From the NCBI GenBank assembly GCA_051362555.1, contig CM120646.1, forward strand, positions 18,786,001 to 18,850,000: a stretch of DNA of 64,000 bases, read 5' to 3'. The notes below the pieces were generated by a model, which worked only from the letters and a program-made list of their open reading frames with translations, did not search any database and had not been told where the DNA came from. The translations under genes were made by a program, and so were the position numbers. The stretch is from Lingula anatina (taxonomy: Eukaryota > Animalia > Brachiopoda). This document shows, piece after piece, positions 11,397 to 23,521 of this stretch; within the stretch, counting starts at the first letter, position 1, and each line of letters begins with the position of its first letter.

Positions 11397-13887
11397 ATGG
11401 ATGCTAAGCCTATCCCTTTTGAAGAGGTGGAGCGGTGGGTGAAGCCACCTCCACCGGAGACGAAGGTGAAACTCAGTCTACGTTTCATATTAATATTATC
11501 ATTAATTAGTGTATCTCAGGTGTAAGAGAAAATCATGCCCAGACCCTAGTCCTGACCTCATGTGTCCCTGTGTGTGTGAGGAGGGGATGGGGACGGCAAA
11601 TTGGTGTCTACAGCAACAGTAGTTTCCATGTGTGTGTGTGTGTGTGTGTGTGTTGGCATTTTTGTGCCTGTAACACCGGTAATTTCGCCAGATATATACA
11701 TGTTTGTATTCGTATTTGCGATAATAATAATAAAAAGTAGGTCAAGAGGTCTTATAAGGTTTCACATGACACATATATGCACGTGATAAATGTGAACGTG
11801 GTGAAGGTACAACCATTCCCCGCTTACAAAATAGAGGAAAACAGAAATAAGATGTCGGGTTGACTTTTAAGATTAAAAAATAATAATTATTAAAATCTTC
11901 ACTATTTCTCTCAGAAAACAGGCAAGATATTAAACGCTGTCGAACTAATATTTTATAGTTGCTATATGAGAGGAAAGGAAGGAATTATTTGCTCGGTTCA
12001 ATAATTGGTTGGTTGGTTGCGAGAGCGGGAGTCACCCTGTGTTGCTCGAGCAGGAACACCTTGACAACCGAGCGACGCGATAAATTGTTAAAATACTGAG
12101 ATGGATAATTGAGCGAGGTTGGCAATTATTGAAGGTGGGGTCAATAAAGAAATATTTTATTTCCCTTTGAGGTTATGTACACCGTACAAACGGGTGCCTC
12201 AACACATTGCGCCGTTTCTGTCGCATGGTACGTAGGGCGCTTAGCGTTACCTTGAAATAAAAATTACCATTATGCGTTGACATGAAAAAAAAATATACAA
12301 ATACTTTAAATATTTTATAAAAGGAAAAATATTGAACCCGAAAATAATTAGTCTAGTTTCTGCCATAGAAAGAATCTTGATAATTAACATATTATAGAAT
12401 TATTATAATCATTACTTATTATTGTTGTTGTGACAGTCGTTTTTTTCACTTTTTTCTTTTAGACTTATTCATTTCATCATACGTGCTACCGTATCAAAGA
12501 CCCTCGCGTGACAGTAGATTTTTACTCTCGAGTCTTGGGCATGAAACTAATAGCGACTTTGCCCCTAGAGAACCTCAAGACCACAATGTATTTTATGGGG
12601 TACACAGAAGAGGGGGAGACCGTGCCCTCTGACTTCAAAGAACGGATGGAGTTTCTTCTCCACAGGAAAAAACACACGCCAGTGATCGAGTTTCTCCAGT
12701 AGGTTTGAAAATTGATAATTTAAAATTAATTTTCCTCAAATTACTGAAATTCTTTTACGCCTGCTTTGCACGTAAATTTGAAAAAATACCGTTCACGATA
12801 AGGAGACACGAAACAAAATTCACCAGCTAAAGGTTTAGTTCTATTGTTATTTCTAAAACGAATTTTCTTTCGTTTTGATCATGACTTAAAATCTACAATG
12901 TCGGATAAAGAATTTCTGTTGAGATTGCTCGACAAGTATAAATCTGTAGCTAGACGAGGACAGTTTTACTGAAATATGCAGTGTGTATGTAGACGGAAAA
13001 AGGTACATTATTAATTACATGCACTATCTTTCAGCAACTGGGGAACAGAAAACATGCCCGACCTAAAGCTTCATGATGGAAACAAGGCGCCAAAGGGTTA
13101 CTGTACGTTAATTTTCATTTATTGATTATTCATTGTCAACCAGCCAATATCAAATTAATATCTGATAAAAGTTTATCTTTTCTTTTCTTATAAAGTACAA
13201 TCGTAAATGCATATTTCATTTATTATATAATAATTTCTTAACCTATATATGGTTTGTCTGCAAATCACCCAGCAATCAAAATAATGATAAATAAATGATC
13301 TGTAAACATACAGTTCACACCAATATCACATTTTCTCTTGAGACAGTAAATATAATTGTTTTATTCTATTTTTTTTTTTTGTTAAAGCTCACATATGCGT
13401 GGCTGTTCAAGATGCAGATGCCGAAATAAAACGTGTAGCCAACTTAGGAGTTCGTGTTATCAAGGAATCTGGTAAAGAAGTTTTGTCAAAATAAATCGTA
13501 ATGTCACTAAATACTTTATCGATGAAGGATGATTAGAAAATGAAAAAAAAAGGGGGGGATCGGATCGTGAGATTTTTAAAACTTTTTTATTTTTATTTTT
13601 TGTTAAGTACTTATAAATGCTTTACAACAGGCATGTACATCTGGAATTGTTCAAATTGCTGATCGTACACAAAACTGACACAAAATTAACACACAAGAAA
13701 CACATCTGCAGCAGTGCCGCCTGTTCTGATATTTCCTTCAATTTGTCTTATTCTAGGTGGCCAGGGCTATGCTTTCATAGAGGACCCAGATGGATACTGG
13801 GTAGAATTTCTCGACGGAGATCGTCTTGGATCACCAGGAGACCCAAACATTGACATCACGGAGATGAAAGCAGCCATTGGTTTCTAG
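11397..13887 (+). CDS. GLO1: Lactoylglutathione lyase (glyoxalase I)-like protein, copy B, 195 aa, 5 exons
   Basis: Exons 11397-11465, 12463-12698, 13035-13102, 13388-13471 and 13757-13887. Same exon sizes as copy A, open frame, ~18 aa differences by manual comparison. Confidence 0.88.
11957..12150. mobile_element. ~194-bp insertion in GLO1-B intron 1 flanked by a 10-bp direct repeat
   Basis: AATATTTTAT at 11947-11956 and 12151-12160; copy A has a single copy of this sequence and no insert. Internal inverted repeat TTCAATAATTG (11997) / CAATTATTGAA (12123). Confidence 0.7.
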
Positions 13888-14521
13888 AAATCCCAGGCCA
13901 CATGAGATTAATTTTGGTTTTAGCAAAGATGCATCAGATTTATAACTTCTTCCTTTTAAAAGTAAGAGTTATTGATCTAGTTTCTCAGTAAACTGAGGGT
14001 TTTTACTGGCTAAACAGAGATATCTTGTGAAAATTAGTCTTTCTTCGGTGGCAGCAGATGGATGGGACAGGCATATACAGTTTTAAAGGAGACAAGTAAT
14101 AAAGCACGTGGCTTCGACTCAGGCAATGTCATCTATTGTAAGATTTTGAAACTGGAAGCCACAACCAATCTATTCATCAATGCCATGACAAGTAGGCTCA
14201 ATTATTATCCCATCACCTCAATCTGGCTCCCAAATGTTATCAAGTCAGCAGAGTACTACTAGCTACCTGAAACAGTCCTCAAACAAACAAACTCAAAATA
14301 AAAAAAGTATACTATACATCCACACAAAATCTAACTTTCTGTCAACATACTGAATTTTTTTTTTTACAAACAAAAGTCCTTGTCAAAGAACTTAATCATT
14401 CTGTCCACAGCCTGTTTCCCCAGACCACAGTCCAGTAACTGGTCTCTACTGGCCCCTACAATGGCCCCAACACTGCCCATGGTGTCCAGCACTAATAGAC
14501 ACTGTCCACTGGGTCAAGGCT

Positions 14522-14569
<48 letters not shown>

Positions 14570-14826
14570 TCTTCTTTGGCATATGTTCAGTACGTAAAAG
14601 CCTCAATATGCTTCACATACAATGTAAATATTATTTGAAATTAAAATGTGACCCACTGCCTTCCAAGATTTGGTAATCTATCAGCTTATATACAATGTAT
14701 GATAATTTTTTAGACTTACACAATATTTACAGTTTATTATAGTCAAATAATAAATATGGATTTAATTTTTTTCATGTTCAAATATGACTTCATGACTAAT
14801 CTACACGTGTATTACTCAGTCTGTAT

Positions 14827-17052
14827 TCAATCACTAAGGATATCTTGTCGATTCAGTATCTGGTTAGCTACCATTTGGTCCAACACCATTTCTTCTACGT
14901 CCAGCTGGGTGGCAGACATTTTCTGCAGTCTCTTAGGCAGGAGGTCAGACACAGGAGGACAGGTCATCTGGAGGAAATGATGAAAATAAACCCTCCTGTG
15001 TAAAACACTGATACCTCTTTGTTTTAAAAGCATATATTGTCCTAATATTAAAATCTGGATAAATCACTCAAGTTTCATTCAATTTTGCTTGGCAAATCTG
15101 CTAGAAAAAAAAAACTTGACATCAAAATATCATTTTATCATTAAGATCTTATTTTGAGAAGGACACATATATTACCATATCATACAAACAAGCATGCTAC
15201 ACAGAAACATACATGTATAAAAATTACATCATATTCATGGTCTCAGAACAATTCTTCCACAGGAAACTCCCCCATGGTCAAATGTTCAGGGAGATAGTGC
15301 CAGAATCCATGCCAACCCTTTATAAAACCCACCTTTGCCAATATGAGCATGTTTTGGACACATTCCTCTGCACTGTGGGCTGGGATCATATGAAGTTGGC
15401 CAAAAAACCTGGTACAAGAAGACAAATTCTATAACGGCATCTTTAAGATAAAAAATAGACATACTGAAAACTAAATAAAAAGGCTGATATTGTATAAATC
15501 TGATTTTAAATACAGAACATATGCTTTTTGATAAACCACAGTACACAATATCCAATTATGTAATGATTACTGTCATATTTATCACTGAACATGAAAGCAA
15601 AACTAATTAACACAGTACAGCTAACACAATCGCAACAGATTTACCTCTCTTACAGCACACTTAACACAATAAGGCCACAGCTTATATAATAACTATTTAT
15701 TTTCCAGCTTTTAAAATCAAAATGCACTTTTTGCAATCTCATCTCTTTTTCCTCAATCAAAACTCACCCTCTAGACAGGCAGCAAACCCGCTTTAGCACA
15801 TTTTAAAGTACACCCACTTGATCAATGAACACCTATATCAACCTCAGTACACCTACCACAATCACACCACACCACATCTACCACAATCACAACATACCTA
15901 CTGCAATGACTTACCTTTGCTGTAAAACAGAAAACACAGCCAGCTCTTCCTTGCCGTGAAGTGGAGCTGTGGCAATTACATAACAATTAGCATGCACTTG
16001 GAGGAACTTTTCTAATCTGAAAACAAAATAGATATGTGTAATTTTGAACTGATTTTTTTGCTTGATAAGGAGAAGAAGGTATTTCATTTATAATGATGCA
16101 ATTATTACTTTAATCAGGCATTAATTGTGCTTTCTCGAGGTAATTTAAAATGTTATTCAAATGATTCCACAGATGAACCCATCCCAAAAGAACTTCTGTA
16201 TTCCTTAATAAACAGATATGAAATAAATGAAAAAAAAAAAACAGGAAAAAAGCCTGATTGATTTATATCACTGATTGATTATTTGATTAATTGATCATTG
16301 GTTGATTGACTGGTTGTTCATTTGGATGGTTTATTAATTGGTTGGTTGTTTGATGTAATACTGGCAGTTCATTTGTTTAATAATGTAAAGGTAACAATAC
16401 ACTCACCTTTGTGTGAGTTCTGGGTCTAACTGTACCTTTTCCTGTATAGGCCACACAGTGACAGCCTCCTGTAGGGGCACTATCAGGAATGCAATTCCAG
16501 ACTTGGGAAATATGCAGCTATTCTGGACCACAGTGCCTGAAACTGTAACACAAAAAGCTTCAATTTGTTTAAAATTTAAAACCCAAGTAAAGCATGCATG
16601 AGAATATGACCACATAAATCAAGGCACCTAAAAAACCCTTGCAGACCAGAATATATTGCAGCAGTACTCCCAGAGTAGAGCCAGCTAGAGTACTCCCACA
16701 ACATAAAAATGAATAGAATTTGGAGCATATGCTGATTAGTAAAATTTTGAACAATTTACTTAATTATGATTTTTTTAACCAATAAAAGGAATTTGAAATT
16801 GTTTTTCTTTTCTTTTTTGAGAGTTATAAAACCTAAATTAAAAAGAAATGACTGTGCAAAAACATAAAAAGTATTCTATGAATTTAAATTTAAATTAAGT
16901 GTCCCTTAAAAGTGGAAGTGAAATTTGAAACTGCACAGTATATCACAGTTACCTCTGACTTTATGCTGTTGTTTAAGCAGCCTCCCTGTTTCAGTATTTT
17001 CCAGAGAGGTGTGGATGATAACAGGCCACTGCTGGTCAGTCTTCACAGACAT
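14827..17052 (-). CDS. SPO16: SPO16 homolog (C1orf146/SCRE), meiotic ZZS-complex protein, ~184 aa, 5 coding exons
   Basis: Exons 17052-16953, 16542-16407, 16016-15915, 15408-15333 and 14967-14827 are in phase (555 nt). WPVIIHTSL..HKVRVSGTVVQNSCIFPKSGIAFL..LEKFLQVHANCYVIATAPLHGKEE..LQQRFFGQLHMIPAH parallels the recalled human C1orf146 sequence. Confidence 0.85.
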
Positions 17053-17712
17053 CAGAGCAGCGTCGAGTACTCAGATCTGCTATGTATATGTACAGTGGTA
17101 CAGCGTCTAAATGGGGGGGGGGGGGGGGGGGATGTCTTGTTTGGCACAACTTGATGTACTGCTGTCAATTCACATTCAGAGCTTCTCGCTTCACCTTTGG
17201 CATGCAGTCACTCTTGTGTGTCTATATGTGGAATTAATCGAAGGAAAATAGTTTCCCGTTTTACTCTTTAAATTGTTTCCAAGCCACATTTGGAAGAACA
17301 TATACTGACTGTCATCTATATTTCATAACACATGTACAATAAACAAATTAACTCATTAACGTATGCATCGACGTCATTGCCAAGAGAGGATAAGGAAGCA
17401 AAATCAAAGATAATTTTATAAGGCTTCACAAAGTAACAAGCGTGCTTAAGCACTAGCTAGCAGACGAATATTTTTAATTTCAAACAACAAACTTAGCTGA
17501 GTTGATATTCACAGCATTTTCAGCCCTAAGTTTTTCATATACCTTAAAACCAATCTGCCTTAAAATCTCTTTTGATTTTTATAAAGAAAAAGACACATAA
17601 GTTTGTACAAACTGTTTTGTCAATATGTGTTTTGTATCACAACAAAACGCATCCCTCCCACCAAAGACACCGACCTTGTGACCTCGATATCATAACGAGA
17701 TTGTAAACAAAA

Positions 17713-20700
17713 ATGGCTACCTCTGCAAAGGAAAAATTCGAGGCAGCTGTAAAAGTAATCCAAAATCTACCTAAAGAAGGTGAGTAGAGTGCTAAGATTA
17801 CTGGTTAAGAATACATGGATATTATTATACAAATTTCGTTATATATAATGCTAAGAAAGCCCCCCACTTTCTCACAATCACTGTGACAAATGAGCACGTC
17901 GTGTTCGCAACGGTGTCCAATGCAAGGGGGGGGGGGGGGGGGGGTCAAGGGGTGTTGTTAGTTCCTTTAACGGTGCGATTAACATGGTGGCCCTAGGAAT
18001 GGAAGTTCGGGCTCCCATATGATAAGTACAGGCAAGGGTTAGTCGGAGTATTCGGTTAGTATGTGGGACGAATGCCACCTGTACAAAGTAATGGGGGACG
18101 GACTACAATGCCTAGCGGACTACCATTCCCGTCACACCGGCTAAAGACCAAAGTTCACTTGTTGAGCATAATATCATTGTTAAAAAGCACGTTGCCCATT
18201 TTTTATCTTTCTTAGCGATTACATGTTGAAGATCATATTGGGAGTAGGGGGTTAAGATTTAAACATCCAGTTCAGTGAGGGGCCAACACTCAGAGGCGGG
18301 TTTGGGGTGGGGGGAGACACCGTGTTGGTGGGGGGAGCTGGTATGTCAATGGAAAATTGTTTTTTTTTTTTTTTTTTTGCTAAATTTAATTAAAATGCAT
18401 TCTTTTTTGCTGAGTGTTAACTAAAACAGATCAACCTTTTAAGCAGCAAACACAACTTGAATTTCATTAAATTAATTTATTAGACAGTGAAACAAGAAAT
18501 GGTGTTCATTTTATAAAATTAATCATTATCTAATGTATCAGGATCATTCCAACCATCCCATGAGTTGATGTTGAAGTTCTATGCCTATTACAAGCAAGCC
18601 ACATTAGGAAAATGCACTCATCCAAGACCAGCCTTTTGGGAGGTGGTCAAGAAAGCAAAATGGTAAATATGAAAATTGTTAGACAAATTTTATAATGATA
18701 ATGATAATCTGAAAAAAGAAAATAATTATTAAGTCAGCAAATGTTTGAAATGTGCCTGATGTACAATACTGATTTCTGTGGTTTGATAGCACTAAAAGTG
18801 TAAATCCAACTGCCACTACTGGCACCAGTAAAAGTCTCTCTCCAATACACCAGAGACTCGGGAACTATAAACTGAAACCTGAAAAGGGGTTACTGGATCA
18901 TACTTCTGAAAACCATTTTGGATATAGTATACCTTGTTGAGTAAGAGATAAGTGTTGAAAACTAACTTTCTTTACCATACGAAGGCCTTATGCTTATTGT
19001 TATGTCTTTATTGTGATGTATGTATGATAATCTTCTGTGCTGTAGGGATGCCTGGAATGGGCTGGGAGACCTGTCCAAAGAGGAAGCCATGCTCAGATAT
19101 GTTGAGGAACTGAAAAGGGTAAATATTTCTCTCTTATTAACTTTGTTGATTTCCAGTGTGAGGTCATGTAGTCTCTTTATCAGAAAATTAGAGGTGTTGT
19201 GAACATTGCCTTTTTTGTATTTTTCTCCTCTTTCCTTTTTGTTGCTTTGCTCATGGTTTTTAGATGTAATAGATGTCAGTGGAAGGTTAAGGATTATCAG
19301 TTTAAGAGCACCTGCATTTTTCCTTTGGAATTGAGTGGTTCTCTTAATGAATTTCTTATTTAAGATTTTTGCTGCTATTTTCTGTACAAAACGAAATCCA
19401 AATATTTTTGTTGATTATAAATGTTCATATTTGTTAATCATGAAGAATACAATACATGATGAGAGAGAGAGAGAGAGAGATTCAGTGATGGTAACAGAAG
19501 TATAGAATATCTATTCCTTCCAAGGACATCTGGGCACTGCTTCCTGCATTTGTATGATATCCATTTCAAAACACTAACCACATTTGTGCCCAAAGTAAGG
19601 GTGACACTCAGTCATAAGTTCAGCCCTTATTTATTATTTGAGTAAGCAAAACTAAGTGCTATCATGTCATTTTTATGGCAGACTTACAAAAATGCAATCA
19701 CTGATTGTGTATCTATTTGTATTAATTTCATATTAATTAAAGGTGATTTGATTTCATGAACAACAGCAAAAAAAAAAAAAAAAAAAAAGTTTTCTTAAAA
19801 TTTTCATAGGCCTCATTTTTTTTTATTTTAATATTGATCATTTTTAAGACACTCAAAATGTGGTTTCAACCCAAATGCCAATCAACTTTTAAAACAGGTA
19901 TTACTATCAATGCTCCTTTTTTGAAGTGGGAGGAGGGTATAAATTTGATGTTCTTAATTATTGAGGAACTACAAAATCATACAAATGCTGCTAGACTGGG
20001 ACCCTGTATTTGTTGTGTGTTACAGATAATGCTTCAGCAATCTAGTCCCTGGGAATCCATGAGTGAAGATGAGGTAAGGGTAGTGTACTAGTCAATAGAT
20101 AGAGGTCATCTTACCTCCACTCACACTGTCCCTCTATCAAGGCATCCAGATATGAAATGCTCCTCCTACCTCCAAAGGCAACGTCATCCCAAAAGATGGC
20201 CGTGATAGGGCATGTTCAGAACCAAGTTGATCCATGTACTAATTGATCAGTGGTTCAAATAGGGCCAACCCACTTAGAAGCTTGCAGCCTAATCCCAGCG
20301 GGAAATCCATTATGGGATTACATGAAAAGCTTTCAAGTGGGTCTGCAATATTTGATCCATGGATCAGTTTGTCCAGAGGTCAATTTGGATCTGAACAGGC
20401 CCATAGTCCATCAAGTCATTAGATGGGAATATGTCACTCTTATTCTAGATGAATTGAGATTTCACCTCTTCTCCACACCCACTGGCCCTCCACTAAGGCA
20501 CTTAAGAAAGGGACCTTGTTCCTTTAAGGAAATCTTGTCTAGAAAAAAATTTTTTTTTTTTGAAATTTGTTACACTGAGCATTGGAAACAAACTGGGGAG
20601 CACCACTGGATTTTACTTGTGATCTTTCATGTTGATTTGATACTTGCCTGTAGCTGTGATAGTAGACCTTGGAAAGTCTGTGGAGACAAAATCTTAAACC

Positions 20701-22016
20701 TTGGTGTCCCTCAAGACTCTCTGATGGAGGCACAGTGGGATTGGAATACGTATAGGATGTGTATTTACTCAGGTGTAGGTCATGGTTGGGGTAGCTTGTG
20801 GCTTGAATGCTCCTATTGTTTTTAACAATTTTGTTATCCATGTCCCATGTATCGTGTTATTATAATGATAGTTTATCGTGTTTTTTGTAGATCATGACAG
20901 GCAATATCACATATTGATAAAAATAGAAATGTAACCTTTACCAACTTGTCACCTCAATTCAACCATGCCCCCAGTGTTTGCCTCTTAGGAAAATAAGTTG
21001 CTGGACCAAAAGCTCAGCCATCTTGAAAATTAGCTGGCTAGAATGCCTGCCGGGTGGGAAAACTTCTCTGCCCATTCTGAAAGTTGTCTGCCCCGGGCAG
21101 ACAGTCCAGCCTTAATTTCTAACACTGCATGCCCCTGATCATGTGATACACATCAGATCAGTGAGGAAAGCTATGCTTCTACCAAAGTGGATGTTGAAAA
21201 CAAAAATCTCAAGTGTAGTTTGTGTGCATATCGGTCACACTGATGTCTGCCATGGTATAATACTCTTTAATTCTCCATTTACTATTATCTAAATGAAAGT
21301 CTGTAGCATATTTTCCAATTTATTCATGATACTTTCATCTTCTGACTTAGTTTAATGGTCAACATTCATTTATTTTTTTTAGATAATAGAAGCCATGCCA
21401 CAGACTGATAATGTCACAGGATTTCTGGATACTCTGGGAAATTTCTATGAGCTGGTGGATGAGCAGCTTCCAGCACATGCAGAGAAGCTACGCAGTGTCC
21501 AGAAACGCACCCAAGCTATGGATGGGGATGTGGTCGGGGAGTCCGAACCCTCATCAGGCAGTGATGCTAGTGCAGGTAGGGTGCTTGTAGGGGTGAATGC
21601 AGACTTACACAGCACCTTGACTGTAACTGTTTTGGATTCAAATGACATCACCAAAGGATTTAATTAATTTTATTTGGAAGTATTTGGCAGATAAAGCTGC
21701 TACTCATTTTGATAAGAAAGAAATGACAAAATAAATTTACTTAGAATCAAGCTGGTATTTTTGAGATAAAGGCATTTTCTCTTCTGAACAATTCGTATGT
21801 GATTATATTGCAATGATGGAATAATGTGCAAATGTTGTTTTTTATTTCAGATTCTGTCATTGAAAATAGTGGAGGTGGAGAAGATAATGGAGATGTTGTA
21901 GAAGAAGAAGAGGCTGATGTGGTGAAAGTGCCGAAAATTGACCAAAATGAAAATGGTGGGTAAATTTTTGCATCATTTCAACCTGTTGGATATCTGATGT
22001 CATTTGTATAATCTGC

Positions 22017-22079
<63 letters not shown>

Positions 22080-23004
22080 GGCACAAAACAAAAGGCATTT
22101 CTAAAAGTTACATTCTCTCTCTCTACATATATACATTATACACATAAAATGTCACCATTGCTGTACTACTTGGAGTTTCACTCTGTTGATTTTAAATATA
22201 CTTCCATTACAGAACACCTGCCTCCCAGCTACAAGTCAGATACAGACAGTGAGGGTGAGGTGTACTGTGATACATCAGATCAGCCAGATCTGGAAACTTT
22301 GGTAAGTTGGAGATAAACAAATAATGAGCAATTTTATTCATTGATATATATATATATATCTGCTCAGTTGATGATAATTTCATAAACAAAACATTATTGA
22401 CTGCAAAAAAAAAAAAAAAAAAGCAACAGCATCTGGCTTTTAGAAACTTCAAATTAAAACAAAACAACCAAGAGGCAAACCACCAGTTGAAACTACTGGA
22501 TGACATGTGATATTTAACATTTTTTTTCTGATGATCACACATTTATTTCCACAGGCAAAGATTGCAAGCAAAAAAAGTCACAATGCCAGAAGGCCGTTGG
22601 TTTCCCCTTCTCCTCTCCGAGAAAAACTTAATGGTTTTGACACTGACTTTCAGCCACTGCCCATGTCTCCTATAGTGTCAGGACAGGCAGACATGTTGGT
22701 GGGTAAAAATGGCCCCACTGATAATCACACACATTCCAATCACCAGCCTCAAAGGACAGTCTTGCCTGGAAACAGCCTCGAAAATAATGGAAGCTTGGAT
22801 TTTGTTGGTCAGTTAAATCACAGGGGAGGGGAGGACGAAGTTGACAATCAGTTAGAGCCTCTGGATGCATTAAGTGCAAGAGGAGGCGGAGAAACGCCTA
22901 CACCAAGTGAAAGAGGGAGTCGGAGGCACAGCAGGAGGGGGAGTGGTGGGAGTGTCAGTAGTAATAGAGGTAGGCCATGACACACACACACACACGCACG
23001 CACG

Positions 23005-23042
<38 letters not shown>

Positions 23043-23481
23043 CATAAAAATAATTTGAAGTCACACAGGGTTTAATTTTCTGTGGTTATTTTGTTATATT
23101 TCATGCTGTTATAAGTAGGTTTTTCGGAATGTGCATATTGTAGAAGTGAGGCATTTTTAATAAAAAATTAACCTTTAATGATGTGGGACTTGGGTTTTTC
23201 TAGAATAACATATAGAACTGCAAATTTTGACAGACATGTTAGCCACAGTCTCAGTTATGGTTTGATATAATAGTGATATTATACATGAAATGATTATCTT
23301 AAGTGTAACATGATATATATATAATATAAGAGAGCACTACATTAAAGGCAAAAAAGCAACTACTGAAAGGTTTAACAGAAATTCAGGAATTTCATGAATA
23401 TTAGAGGAGAACTTTTTGAGATATATGGTGCACTAACAAAAAGATAAATCAAAGCCGATGAACACACACACGCATGCACAT

Positions 23482-23521
<40 letters not shown>

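Larger units (their letters stand above)
5085..14197. repeat. Direct tandem duplication (unit 1 ~5085-9529, unit 2 ~9527-14197) containing the TIL and glyoxalase genes
   Basis: Colinear similarity across exons, introns, intergenic DNA and 3' UTR. At the junction, ...CAAGTAGGC runs into (A)GCAGACAAACTGCTGCACAAAT, which matches 5085 onward. Confidence 0.92.

Noticed and set aside
17990-18140. ACTACA/ACTACCATTCCC motifs resembling ZNF143/Staf sites
   Set aside because: They sit in a partial inverted repeat ending CACACCGG (similar to the last bases of the window), so they are more likely a MITE remnant.
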